A stretch of 64,000 nt of DNA. It comes from Eutreptiella sp. 'Long Island Sound 2002' (taxonomy: Eukaryota; Protista; Euglenida). The notes under the pieces were generated by a model that worked only from the letters and a program-made list of their open reading frames with translations, searched no databases and was not told the origin of the DNA. The stretch lies in NCBI GenBank assembly GCA_964036045.1, contig OZ038378.1:142476001-142540000 (forward strand), in the 5' to 3' direction. This document shows positions 11,900 to 25,338 of this stretch, piece after piece (position 1 is the stretch's first letter; every line of letters begins with the position of its first letter). The position numbers and the translations under genes are program-made.

Positions 11900-13680
11900 A
11901 TAAAAAAGTGGGTTTGTTGTATTGAATAATAACAAAGGACTCACTGTTTGAGCATGTGCAGCATCTACATGACCACCATGTGACCCCACTCATGGTGCAA
12001 CAAGGGAAGGGTGTTACAACCCAGAAATGTGCCACTATATACAAACCACCCAATGCCGCAACCGGAGACCTCAAACATGGGCCCTTCCCACTCCAATTTC
12101 CTTGCTTCCTCATTCACCCGGTCACAGTCATCCTGGGCTCCTTCGGCATCCAACCACGCAATGGATTTTCCACGGTGTGTCAATTTGGACCCTGGTCCCA
12201 AACAATTTTTTTTTCCAAATGGACCCCCTACCCATGGGTGCGGGTACACAGTCTGTCTCTTGGTATCCCTGTCAGCCCACCTCCCGCACCGCACGGGTGA
12301 GGACGTTGCTGGTTTTAGGCCGGCATGAGGTGGTTACAAAATCAGGATTTCTAGGTGAACTCTGACAACCCCCAGGGACCATTGGGCGAGGCTTAGGTGG
12401 TCATTTGGTGACAATGGGAGTAGGTATCCAGCCGTGGGTACCCATGTAGCCCCACTCAGGCCCGCATAATTGGCGGCATGCCATCCAAATTTTGGGACTT
12501 TCTCTTGTAGGTATCCAGCCGTGGGTACCCATGTAGCCCCACTCAGGCCCGCATAATTGGCGGCATGCCATCCAAATTTTGGGACTTTCTCTTGAAGACA
12601 TCACCCATTTGAATCTTTCTCGCAATTTTCAGTTATCATCAATTGTTCAATTATGTCGGAGATGTAGTGGGGCAATGGCTCCAAAAACCTTGGACTTGGA
12701 AAGAACACCACCTCTCATGGTTCCAATCATGGCACAAGAGCTACAATTGTCAATGGTTGATTGAGCAAATAGAAGTGGGCCTTAGTGTTTTGGAGCCCTG
12801 AACTTCAGGTTTCTGAGAAACTTAAGTCCTCCTCCACTAAAACCGACGCCGCAGTTGCCTTAACAAGGATTGGAAAAGGTAGCTTCTATACACGCATATG
12901 TGGCTTGACCACCATCACTGCCATCACCAACCTCACCATCACTGCGAACAAAGACACAGCCTTGTGCGCTGCTTTGTGCATGGCCCACCCCCTCTCCAAA
13001 TTGCTACTGCCCAAAGGGTGCCATTCCCCCCATTTGTGGGAAACCCACCCTTGAGCAGTTCATCAAGTGGCCAGCTCCAAACAATGATGAGACCATGGAA
13101 AGGTGCTTCCAACAATGGATGCATTGAGCAGCTTTGGCTGCACGACTGTCTAAGATGCAGGGGGCATAGCACCCCCCCCTCACGCTTGGTAGTGGTATTT
13201 GACTCCGAGAATGTGTTCAAAGGTGCACTAGAATGGTCAGAGAAGTGGCGCCGACATCACTGGCACATAGCGTCTGGCGAGGTTGGACACCGAGATCTGT
13301 GGGAGCAAATTGTGTGGTATCAGGAGAGGGCGGGGGCAGAGGTGGGGATTTGATGGGTGCCATCGCACCTTGGGGTACAGGGCAATACAAGCGCCAAGTG
13401 GCAGGCTGAGTTGGAGTGGGAGTCTCATGGCGAGGAGTGTTCGCTGCCAAAACGGCTGTTTACACGCCGCGAGTGGGCAGAGCTGGGGTTGGAGGAAGTG
13501 CATGGCCAGTGAGGCCACAGCGCAGGACTGCAGGGGTCAGGACGTAGTGCAGGTGACATGGACAGCGACCTGTCAGAGACGGGGTCGTTGTTAAGTACGG
13601 AGGGACGTCGGCAGTTCGGGGGTCGGGTTTTGGTATGGACGTGAGTGACACACGTCAGGGAAAGATCAGGAGGTGCAGGG
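11900..13680 (+). mobile_element. Decayed 3' part of an RNase-H-bearing LINE
   Basis: RNase H motifs RLVVVFDSENVFKGALEWSEKWRRHHW..GEVGHRDLWEQI..I*WVPSHLGVQGN at ~13180-13400, followed by an acidic tail (WAELGLEE, DMDSDLSETG). A weak zf-like fragment lies at ~12030-12130. Confidence 0.7.
12420..12593. repeat. Perfect 87-bp tandem duplication
   Basis: 12420-12506 is identical to 12507-12593. Confidence 0.95.
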
Positions 13681-14150
13681 ATGGTCAAGACTTATCCACA
13701 GTGCCCAACGGATGACGGAGCCAGCACTCACTGCGCAATGCGATGAACAATTTGTGACAGCGCCTCCGGCGCCCTATTCATGGACCGTCTGTGGCGGCGC
13801 TTTCGGCGCTGGATCTGTGACTATGCACTGTGGATCTGCCGGGATTCCGGAGGGTGGAGGGGTAGGGCTGGCTTATGTCTGCAGCGTGTGTACGGGCACA
13901 GACACGCGCTTGTCCAAACATCGGGACCTCGTGCTTCTGCACTTGTACGGACCCTGGCCTGTGTTGGGGGGGCTGTACTGTATTAAGCCGCAGCCCGTCA
14001 CAGTCTCAATTTGGGATCCGGGCGTATCTTGGACAACAGGGGGGTCAATGAAATATGTCACAAGGGAGACAAGGTGGTTGGACACACAACACAACACTAT
14101 GGGACTCTGCGCTGCACTACATGACACGACACTATACGGCACTGCACCAC

Positions 14151-14255
14151 ACACCATACCACACCACACCACACCACACCACACCACACCACACCACACC
14201 ACACCACACCACACCACACCACACCACACCACACCACACCACACCACACCACACC
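14151..14255 (+). repeat. (ACACC)n microsatellite, ~21 copies
   Basis: Directly visible; it abuts the satellite start. Confidence 0.97.
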
Positions 14256-17200
14256 AGGCAGTGCGGCAGTGCATTGCAGGAATTGCGCTGCCCACTGCCC
14301 CCAGACAGTGCGGCAGTGTATTGCAGGAGCTGCACCGCCCACTGCCCCCAGGCAGTGAGGCGGTGCATTGCAGGAATTGCACTGTCCACTGCCCCCAGGC
14401 AGTGAGGCAGTGCATTGCGGGAGTTCCACTGTCCACTGCCCCCAGGCAGTGAGGCAGTGTGTCGCAGGAGTTGCACTGTCCAATGCCCCCAGACAGTGCG
14501 GCAGTGTATTGCAGGAGTTGCACTGCCCACTGCCCCCAGGCAGTGGGGCAGTGCATTGCAGGAGTTGCACTGTCCACTGCCCCCAGGCAGTGAGGCAGTG
14601 CATTGCAGGAGTTCCACTGCCTACTGCCCCCAGACAGTAAGGCAGTGCATTGCAGGAGTTGCATTGCCCACTGCCCCCGGGCAGTGCGGCAGTGTATTGC
14701 CGGAGGTCCACTGCCCACTGCCCCCAGGCAGTGCGGCAGTGCATTGCAGGAATTGCGCTGCCCACTGCCCCCAGGCAGTGGAGCAGTGCATTGCAGTAGT
14801 TGCACTGCCCACTGCCCCCAGGCAGTGAGGCAGTGCATTGCAGGGGTTCCACTGCCCACTGCCCCCAGGCAGTGGGGCAGTGCATTGCAGAAGTTCCACT
14901 GCCCACTGCCCCCAGGGCAGTGAGGCAGTGCATTGCAGAAGTTGCACTGTCCACTGCCCCCAGGCAGTGGAGCAGTGCATTGCAGGAGTTGCACTGCCCA
15001 CTGCCCCCAGGCAGTGAGGCAGTGCATTGCAGGAGTTGCGCTGCCCACTGCCCCCAGGCAGTGGGGCAGTGCATTGCAGGAGTTGCACTGTCCACTGCCC
15101 CCAGGCAGTGGGGCAGTGCATTGCAGGAGGTGCGCTGTCCACTGCCCCCAGGCAGTGGGGCAGTGCGTTGCAGAAGTTGCACTGTCCACTGCCCCCAGGC
15201 AGTGCGGCAGTGTATTGCCGGAGGTCCACTGCCCACTGCCCCCAGGCAGTGAGGCAGTGCATTGCAGGAGTTCCGCTGCCCACTGCCCCCAGGCAGTGAG
15301 GCAGTGCATTGCAGGAGTTGCATTGCCCACTGCCCCCAGGCAGTGAGGCAGTGTAGTGCAGGAGTTGCACTGCCCACTGCCCCCAGGCAGTGAGGCAGTG
15401 CATTGCAGGAGTTGCACTGCCCACTGCCCCCAGGCAGTGGGGCAGTGCGTTGCAGAAGTTGCACTGCCCACTGCCCCCAGGCAGTGAGGCAGTGCATTGC
15501 AGGAGTTGCACTGCCCACTGCCCCCAGGCAGTGCGGCAGTGTATTGCCGGAGGTCCACTGCCCACTGCCCCCAGGCAGTGGGGCAGTGCATTGCAGGAGT
15601 TGCGCTGCCCACTGCCCCCAGGCAGTGAGGCAGTGCATTGCAGGAGTTGCACTGTCCACTGCCCCCAGGCAGTGAGGCAGTGCATTGCAAAAATTGCACT
15701 GCCCACTGCCCCCAGGGCAGTGAGGCAGTGCATTGCAGGGGTTCCACTGCCCACTGCCCCCAGGCAGTGGGGCAGTGCATTGCAGAAGTTCCACTGCCCA
15801 CTGCCCCCAGGCAGTGGGGCAGTGCGTTGCAGAAGTTGCACTGTCCACTGGCCCCAGGCAGTGAGGCAATGCATTGCAGGAGTTGCACTGCCCACTGCCC
15901 CCAGGCAGTGAGGCAGTGCATTGCAGGAGTTGCGCTGCCCACTGCCCCCAGGCAGTGGGGCAGTGCATTGCAGGAGTTGCACTGCCCACTGCCCCCAGGG
16001 CAGTGAGGCAGTGCATTGCAGAAGTTGCACTGTCCACTGCCCCCAGGCAGTGGAGCAGTGCATTGCAGGAGTTGCACTGCCCACTGCCCCCAGGCAGTGA
16101 GGCAGTGCATTGCAGGAGTTGCGCTGCCCACTGCCCCCAGGCAGTGGGGCAGTGCATTGCAGGAGTTGCACTGTCCACTGCCCCCAGGCAGTGGGGCAGT
16201 GCATTGCAGGAGGTGCACTGTCCACTGCCCCCAGGCAGTGGGGCAGTGTATTGCAGAAGTTGCACTGTCCACTGGCCCCAGGCAGTGAGGCAGTGTATTG
16301 CAGGAGGTCCACTGCCCACTGCCCCCAGGCAGTGTGGCAGTGCATTGCAGGAGTTGCACTGCCCACTGCCCCCAGGCAGTGCGGCAGTGTATTGCCGGAG
16401 GTCCACTGCCCACTGCCCCCAGGCAGTGGGGCAGTGCATTGCAGGAGTTCCGCTGCCCACTGCCCCCAGACAGTGCGGCAGTGTATTGCAAGAGTTGCAC
16501 TGCCCACTGCCCCCAGGCAGTGAGGCAGTGCATTGCAGGAGTTGCACTGCCCACTGCCCCCAGGCAGTGGGGCAGTGCGTTGCAGAAGTTGCACTGTCCA
16601 CTGGCCCCAGGCAGTGAGGCAATGCATTGCAGGAGGTCCACTGCCCACTGCCCCCAGGCAGTGAGGCAGTGTATTGCCGGAGGTCCACTGCCCACTGCCC
16701 CCAGGCAGTGGGGCAGTGCATTGCAGGAGTTGCACTGCCCACTGCCCCCAGGCAGTGAGGCAGTGCATTGCAGGAGTTGCATTGCCCACTGCCCCCAGGC
16801 AGTGAGGCAGTGTAGTGCAGGAGTTGCACTGCCCACTGCCCCCAGGCAGTGAGGCAGTGCATTGCAGGAGGTCCACTGCCCACTGCCCCCAGGCAGTGGG
16901 GCAGTGCGTTGCAGGAGTTGCACTGCCCACTGCCCCCAGGCAGTGAGGCAGTGCATTGCAGGAGTTGCACTGCCTACCGCCCCCAGGCAGTGCGGCAGTG
17001 TATTGCCGGAGGTCCACTGCCCACTGCCCCCAGGCAGTGGGGCAGTGCATTGCAGGAGTTGCGCTGCCCACTGCCCCCAGGCAGTGAGGCAGTGCATTGC
17101 AGGAGTTGCACTGTCCACTGCCCCCAGGCAGTGAGGCAGTGCATTGCAAAAATTGCACTGCCCACTGCCCCCATGGCAGTGAGGCAGTGCAATGCAGGGG

Positions 17201-20200
17201 TTCCACTGCCCACTGCCCCCAGGCAGTGGGGCAGTGCATTGCAGGAGGTGCGCTGCCCACTGCCCCCAGGGCAGTGAGGCAGTGCATTGCAGAATTTGCA
17301 CTGTCCACCGGCCCCACACAGTGGGGCAGTGCATTGCAGGAGTTGCGCTGCCCACTGCCCCCAGGCAGTGAGGCAGTGCATTGCAGGAGTTGCACTGCCC
17401 ACTGCCCCCAGGCAGTGAGGCAGTGCATTGCAGGAGTTGCACTGCCCACTGCCCCCAGGCAGTGGGGCAGTGCGTTGCAGAAGTTGCACTGTCCACTGGC
17501 CCCAGGCAGTGAGGCAGTGCATTGCAGGAGTTCCACTGCCCACTGCCCCCAGGCAGTGCGGCAGTGTATTGCCGGAGGTCCACTGCCCACTGCCCCCAGG
17601 CAGTGGGGCAGTGCATTGCAGGAGTTCCGCTGCCCACTGCCCCCAGACAGTGCGGCAGTGTATTGCAGGAGTTGCACTGCCCACTGCCCCCAGGCAGTGA
17701 GGCAGTGCGTTGCAGAAGTTGCACTGTCCGCTGGCCCCAGGCAGTGAGGCAATGCATTGCAGGAGGTCCACTGCCCACTGCCCCCAGGCAGTGAGGCAGT
17801 GCATTGCAGGAGTTGCACTGCCCACTGCCCCCAGGCAGTGTGGCAGTGTATTGCCGGAGGTCCACTGCCCACTGCCCCCAGGCAGTGGGGCAGTGCATTG
17901 CAGGAGTTCCGCTGCCCACTGCCCTCAGACAGTGCGGCAGTGCATTGCAGGAATTGCACTGCCCACTGCCCCCAGGGCAGTGAGGCAGTGCATTGCAGGG
18001 GTTCCACTGCCCACTGCCCCCCGGCAGTGGGGCAGTGCATTGCAGAAGTTCCACTGCCCACTGCCCCGAGGGCAGTGAGGCAGTGCAATGCAGAAGTTGC
18101 ACTGTCCACTGCTCCCAGGCAGTGGGGCAGTGCATTGCAGGAGTACCACTGCCCACTGCCCCCAGGCAGCGGGGCGGTGCACTGCAGGAGCTGCACTGTC
18201 CACTGCCCCCAGGCAGTGAGGCAGTGCATTGCAGGAGTTGCACTGCCCACTGCCCCCAGGCAGTGCGGCAGTGCATTGCAGGAGTTGCACTGTCCACTGC
18301 CCCCAGGCAGTGAGGCAGTGCATTGCAGCAGTTGCACTGCCCACTGCCCCCAGGCAGTGAGGCAGTGCATTGCAGGAGTTGCACTGCCCACTGCCCCCAG
18401 GCAGTGAGGCAGTGCATTGCAGGAGTTCCACTGCCCACTGCCCCCAGGCAGTGAGGCAGTGCATTGCAGGAGTTGCACTGCCCACTGCCCCCAGGCAGTG
18501 CGGCAGTGTATTGCAGGAGTTGCGCTGTCTACTGCCCCCAGACAGCGCGGCAGTGTATTGCAGGAGTTGCACTGCCCACTGCCCCCAGGCAGTGAGGCAG
18601 TGCATTGCAGGAGTTGCACTGCCTACTGCCCCCAGGCAGTGGGGCAGTGCATTGCAGAAGTTCCACTGCCCACTGCCCCAGGGCAGTGAGGCACTGCATT
18701 GCAGGAGTTGCACTGCCCACTGCCCCCAGACAGTGCGGCAGTGTATTGCAGGAGTTGCACTGCCCACTGCCCCCAGGCAGTGGGGCAGTGCATTGCAGGA
18801 GTTCCGCTGCCCACTGCCCCCAGGGCAGTGAGGCAGCGCATTGCAGGGGTTCCACTGCCCACTGCCCCCCGGCGGTGGGGCAGTGCATCGCAGAAGTTGC
18901 ACTGCCCACTGCCCCCAGGCAGTGAGGCAGTGCAATGCAGAGGTTGCACTGTCCACTGCTCGCAGGCAGTGGGGCAGTGCATTGCAGGAGTTCCACTGCC
19001 CACTGCCCCCAGGCAGTGCGGCAGTGCATTGCAGGAGTTGCACTGTCCACTGCCCCCAGGCAGTGAGGCAGTGCAATGCAGGAGTTCCACTGCCCACTGC
19101 CCCCAGGCAGTGAGGCAGTGCATTGCAGGAGTTGCACTGCCCACTGCCCCCAGGCAGTGCGGCAGTGTATTGCAGGAGTTCCACTGCCCACTGCCCCCAG
19201 GCAGTGCGGCAGTGCATTGCAGGAGTTGCGCTGCCCACTGCCCCCAGCAAGCGCGGCAGTGTATTGCAGGAGTGAGGGAGTGCATTGCGGGAATTGCACT
19301 GCCCACTGCCCCCGGGGCAATGAGGCAGTTCATTGCAGGGGTTCCACTGCCCACTGCCCCCAGGCAGTGGGGCAGTGCATTGCAGAAGTTCCACTGCCCA
19401 CTGCCCCAGGGCAGTGAGGCAGTGCATTGCAGGAGTTGCGCTGCCCACTGCCCCCAGACAGTGCGGCAGTGTATTGCAGGAGGTCCACTGCCCACTGCCC
19501 CCAGGCAGTGAGGCAGTGCATTGCAGGAGTTCCGCTACCCACTGCTCCCAGGCAGTGCGGCAGTGCATTGCAGGAGTTGCGCTGCCCACTGTCCCCAGAC
19601 AGTGCGGCAGTGTATTGCAGGAGGTCCACTGCCCACTGCCCCCAGGCAGTGGGGCAGTGCATTGCAGAAGTTCCAGTGCCCACTGCCCCCAGGTCAGTGA
19701 GGCAGTGCAATGCAAAAGTTGCACTGTCCACTGCCCCCAGGCAGTGGGGCAGTGCATTGCAGGAGTTGCACTGCCCACTGCCCCCAGGCAGTGAGGCAGT
19801 GCGTTGCAGGAGTTGCACTGCCCACTGCCCCAGGGCAGTGAGGCAGTGCATTGCAGGAGTTGCGCTGCCCACTGCCCCCAGACAGTGCGGCAGTGCATTG
19901 CAGGAGTTGCACTGCCCACTGCCCCCAGGCAGTGGGGCAGTGCATTGCAGGAGTTGCGCTGCCCACTGCCCCAAGGCAGTGAGGCACTGGATTGCAGGAG
20001 GTCCACTGCCCACCGCCCCCAGGCAGTGGGGCAGTGCATTGCACGAGTTGCGCTGTCCACTGCCCCCAGGCAGTGAGGCAGTGCATTGCAGGAGTTGCGC
20101 TGCCCACTGCCCCCAGGCAGTGAGGCGGTGCATTGCAGGAGTTCCACTGCCCACTACCCCCAGGCAGTGAGGCAGTGCATTGCAAGAGTTGCACTGCCCA

Positions 20201-23200
20201 CTGCCCCCAGGCAGTGAGGCAGTGTATTGCCGGAGGCCCACTGCCCACTGCCCCCAGGTAGTGGGGTAGTGCATTGCAGAAGTTGCACTGTCCACTGCCC
20301 CCAGGCAGTGAGGCAGTGTATTGCGGGAGTTGCACTGCCCACTGCCCCCAGGCAGTGAGGCAGTGCATTGCAGAAGCTGCACTGTCCACTGCCCCCAGGC
20401 AGTGAGGCAGTGCATTGTAGGAGTTCCACTGCCCACTGCTCCCAGGCAGTGGGGCAGTGCATTGCAGGAGTTCCACTGCCTACTGCCCCAGGGCAGTGAG
20501 GCAGTGCATTGCAGGAGTTGCACTGTCCACTGCCCCCAGGCAGTGAGGCAGTGCATTGCAGGAGTTGCACTGCCCACTGCTCCCAGGCAGTGAGGCAGTG
20601 CATTGCAGGAGTTCCACTGCCTACCGCCCCCAGGCAGTGAGGCAGTGCATTGCAGAAATTGCACTGCCCACTGCCCCCAGGCAGTGAGGCAGTGCATTGC
20701 AGGAGTTCCACTGCCCACTGCCCCCAGGCAGTGAGGCAGTGCGTTGCAGGAGTTGCACTGCCCACTGCCCCCAGGCAGTCGGGCAGTGCATTGCAGGAGT
20801 TGCGCTGCCCACTGCCCCCAGGCAGTGAGGCAGTGCATTGCAGGAGTTGCACAGTCCACTGCCCCCAGGCAGTGAGGCAGTGCAATGCAAAAGTTGCACT
20901 GTCCACTGCCCCTAGGCAGTGGGGCAGTGCATTGCAGGAGTTGCACTGCCCACTGCCCCCAGGCAGTGAGGCAGTGCGTTGCAGGAGTTGCACTGCCCAC
21001 TGCCCCAGGGCAGTGAGGCAGTGCATTGCAGGAGTTGCGCTGCCCACTGCCCCCAGACAGTGCGGCAGTGCATTGCAGGAGTTGCACTGCCCACTGCCCC
21101 CAGGCAGTGGGGCAGTGCATTGCAGGAGTTGCGCTGCCCACTGCCCCAAAGCAGTGAGGCACTGGATTGCACGAGGTCCACTGCCCACCGCCCACAGGCA
21201 GTGGGGCAGTGCAATGCAAAAGTTGCACTGTCCACCGACCCCAGGCAGTGAGGCAGTGCATTGCAGGAGTTGCGCTGCCCACTGCCCCCAGGCAGTGAGG
21301 CGGTGCATTGCAGGAGTTCCACTGCCCACTACCCCCAGGCAGTGAGGCAGTGCATTGCAAGAGTTGCACTGCCCACTGCCCCCAGGCAGTGCGGCAGTGT
21401 ATTGCCGGAGGCCCACTGCCCACTGCCCCCAGGTAGTGGGGTAGTGCATTGCAGAAGTTGCACTGTCCACTGCCCCCATGGCAGTGAGGCAGTGTATTGC
21501 GGGAGTTGCACTGCCCACTGCCCCCAGGCAGTGAGGCAGTGCATTGCAGAAGCTGCACTGTCCACTGCCCCCAGGCAGTGAGGCAGTGCATTGTAGGAGT
21601 TCCACTGCCCACTGCTCCCAGGCAGTGGGGCAGTGCATTGCAGGAGTTCCACTGCCTACTGCCCCAGGGCAGTGAGGCAGTGCATTGCAGGAGTTGCACT
21701 GTCCACTGCCCCCAGGCAGTGAGGCAGTGCATTGCAGGAGTTGCACTGCCCACTGCTCCCAGGCAGTGAGGCAGTGCATTGCAGGAGTTCCACTGCCTAC
21801 CGCCCCACGGCAGTGAGGCAGTGCATTGCAGAAATTGCACTGCCCACTGCCCCCAGGCAGTGAGGCAGTGCATTGCAGGAGTTCCACTGCCCACTGCCCC
21901 CAGGCAGTGAGGCAGTGCGTTGCAGGAGTTGCACTGCCCACTGCCCCCAGGCAGTCGGGCAGTGCATTGCAAGAGTTCCACTGCCCACTGCCCCAGGGCA
22001 GTGAGGCAGTGCATTGCAGAAGCTGCACTGTCCACTGCCCCCAGGCAGTGAGGTAGTGCATTGCAGGAGTTGCGCTGCCCACTGCCCCCAGGCAGTGAGG
22101 CAGTGCATTGCAGGAGTTGCACAGTCCACTGCCCCCAGGCAGTGAGGCAGTGCATTGCAGGAGTTGCACTGTCCACTGCCCCCAGGCAGTGAGGCAGTGC
22201 ATTGCAGGAGTTGCACTGCCAACTGCCCCAGGGCAGTGAGGCAGTGCATTGCAGAAGTTGCACTGCCCACTGCCCCCAGGCAGTGGGGTAGTGCGTTGCA
22301 GGAGTTCCACTGCCCACTGCCTCAGGGCAGTGAGGCAGTGCATTGCAGAAGCTGCACTGTCCACTGCCCCCAGGCAGTGAGGTAGTGCATTGCAGGGGTT
22401 GCACTGCCAACTGCCCCAGGACAGTGAGGCAGTGCATTGCAGAAGCTGCACTGTCCACTGCCCCCAGGCAGTGAGGCAGTGCATTGTAGGAGTTCCACTG
22501 CCCACTGCTCCCAGGCAGTGGGGCAGTGCATTGCAGGAGTTCCACTGCCTACTGCCCCAGGGCAGTGAGGCAGTGCATTGCAGGAGTTGCACTGCCCACT
22601 GCCCCCAGGCAGTGAGGCAGTGCATTGCAGGAGTTGCACTGCCCACTGCTCCCAGGCAGTGAGGCAGTGCATTGCAGGAGTTCCACTGCCTACCGCCCCA
22701 CGGCAGTGAGGCAGTGCATTGCAGAAATTGCACTGCCCACTGCTCCCAGGCAGTGAGACAGTGCATTGCAGGAGTTCCACTGCCCACTGCCCCCAGGCAG
22801 TGAGGCAGTGCGTTGCAGGAGTTGCACTGCCCACTGCCCCCAGGCAGTCGGGCAGTGCATTGCAAGAGTTCCACTGCCCACTGCCCCAGGGCAGTGAGGC
22901 AGTGCATTGCAGAAGCTGCACTGTCCACTGCCCCCAGGCAGTGAGGCAGTGCATTGCAGGAGTTGCACTGCCCACTGCCCCAGGGCAGTGAGGCAGTGCA
23001 TTGCAGGAGTTGCGCTGCCCACTGCCCCCAGGCAGTGAGGCGGTGCATTGCAGGAGTTGCACTGTCCACTGCCCCCAGGCAGTGAGGCAGTGCATTGCAG
23101 GAGTTGCTCAGTCCACTGCCCCCAGGCAGTGAGGCAGTGCATTGCAGGAGTTGCACTGTCCACTGCCCCAGGGCAGTGAGGCAGTGCATTGCAGAAGTTG

Positions 23201-24430
23201 CACTGCCAACTGCCCCAGGGCAGTGAGGCAGTGCATTGCAGAAGTTGCACTGCCCACTGCCCCCAGGCAGTGGGGTAGTGCGTTGCAGGAGTTCCACTGC
23301 CCACTGCCTCAGGGCAGTGAGGCAGTGCATTGCAGAAGCTGCACTGTCCACTGCCCCCAGGCAGTGAGGCAGTGCATTGCAGGGGTTGCACTGCCAACTG
23401 CCCCAGGACAGTGAGGCAGTGCATTGCAGAAGTTGCACTGCCCACTGCCCCCAGGCAGTGGGGTAGTGCATTGCAAGAGTTCCACTGCCCACTGCCTCAG
23501 GGCAGTGAGGCAGTGCATTGCAGAAGCTGCACTGTCCACTGCCCCCAGGCAGTGAGGCAGTGCATTGCAGGGGTTGCACTGCCAACTGCCCCAGGACAGT
23601 GAGGCAGTGCATTGCAGAAGTTGCACTGCCCACTGCCCCCAGGCAGTGGGGTAGTGCATTGCAAGAGTTTCACTGCCCACTGCCCCAGGGCAGTGAGGCA
23701 GTGCATTGGAGAAGCTGCACTGTCCACTGCCCCCAGGCAGTGAGGCAGTGCATTGCAGGAGTTGCACTGCCCACTGCCCCAGGGCAGTGAGGCAGTGCAT
23801 TGTAGGAGTTGCGCTGCCGACTGCCCCCAGGCAGTGAGGCAGTGCATTGCGGGAGTTCCACTGCCCACTGCCCCAGGGCAGTGAGGCAGTGCATTGCAGG
23901 AGTTGCGCTGCCCACTGTCCCCAGGCAGTGAGGCAGTGCGTTGCAGGAGTTGCACTGTCCACTGCCCCCAGACAGTGAGGCAGTGCATTGCAGCAGTTGC
24001 ACTGCCCACTGCCCCCAGGCAGTGAGGCAGTGCATTGCAGTGAGTTGCACTGTCCACTGCCCCCAGGCAGTGAGGCCGTGCATTGCAGGGGTTCCACTGC
24101 CCACTGCCCCCAGGCAGTGGGGCAGTGCATTGCAGAAGTTGCACTGCCCACTGCCCCCAGGCAGTGGAGCAGTGCGTTGCAGGAATTGCACTGTCCCGTG
24201 CCCCCAGGCAGTGAGGCAGTGTGTCGCAGGAGTACCACTGCCCACTGCCCCAGGCAGGGCGGCAGTGTATTGCAGGAGATGCCCGGCCCACTGCCCCAAG
24301 GGAGGGAGGCAGTGAGCGGCGGGAGTACCACTCCCCACTGCCCTCAGGCAATGCGGCAGTGCGAAGCACGATTTCCATTGCCCACAGCCCCCAGGCTGCC
24401 TGGCAGTGCGTTACACTGCCCACTGCCCCC
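14256..24430 (+). repeat. 47-bp tandem satellite array (~215 units), internally palindromic
   Basis: Consensus GGCAGTG(A/G)GGCAGTGCATTGCAGGAGTTGCACTGCCCACTGCCCCCA. The translation repeats every 47 aa (3 units). The array degenerates after ~24170. Confidence 0.98.
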
Positions 24431-24738
24431 TGCCCACAACAACAGTGCAGCAGGGCACACACAGTGCAGTGTGGTGCAGAGCACCAAGCAGTGCGGCACC
24501 ACACAGAAGGCACTGGTGGTGCAGCGCGGCACGCAGGGTGCAGTGGGCAAATGAGACCCTGTGTGACTGCGCGCAGGCGTCGGCAAGGCAGTGTCGGCCA
24601 AGTGCGAGAGTGCACTGGTCCGGCTATGCCACAACACACTTACACACAGCGCGCACACAACACACACAGCCCAGCCCGTTTACCTGTACCCGTGGGTAGA
24701 CATCCCGGCCTTTGCCTTTTGGTAACAGCGCCTTCGGC

Positions 24739-24877
24739 ACACCACACCACACCACACCACACCACACCACACCACACCACACCAGACCACACCACACCAC
24801 ACCACACCACACCACACCACACCACACCACACCACACCACACCACACCACACCACACCACACCACACCACACCACAC
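24739..24877 (+). repeat. (ACACC)n microsatellite, ~27 copies
   Basis: Directly visible. Confidence 0.97.
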
Positions 24878-25338
24878 TGCAATCCACGACGACGCACAGG
24901 ATTTAATTACACTACCCTCACTACATTGCACTGCACTGCACCCCGCCCCCCCCCCCCCAACTATGAAGATTCCTATGGAATGAACTGCCGACCAGTGCTG
25001 CATATGCATACCAGGACGTGCGCATGTGGAGCGCTTGTTGACCTGTGTGCAGCCCCCACTGCCTTCCACTACAATGCACTACGTTGTACTGCATGACACA
25101 ACACTACAGTACAATGCGGTCTGTCCCACCTGATGCTCTCAAGAGCGACCTGGCGATGCTTCACCCTGCACCACTGGTCATCCTGCCAGCCTCGCTCCAG
25201 CTCTCGCTTTTGTGCCAGCAACTCTTCTGCAGCCTTTCTGCAATGCCATACAAAATGTCAAAAATGACCCTCCGACTGGGTCAAGCGGCCCTGATGGGGA
25301 ATGTGTGGTTCTTTTATATTCTCGGCCGCGTCAAATTC

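Noticed and set aside
14256-24430. CRISPR array (palindromic repeats)
   Set aside because: The units are contiguous with no unique spacers, there are no cas genes, and the context is eukaryotic.
13873-24639. Very long Cys-rich ORFs (up to 1521 aa) on the minus strand and many on the plus strand
   Set aside because: They are a by-product of a 47-bp unit with no minus-strand stop codons. All three frames give the same 47-aa cycle, and frame switches at indels have no consequence.
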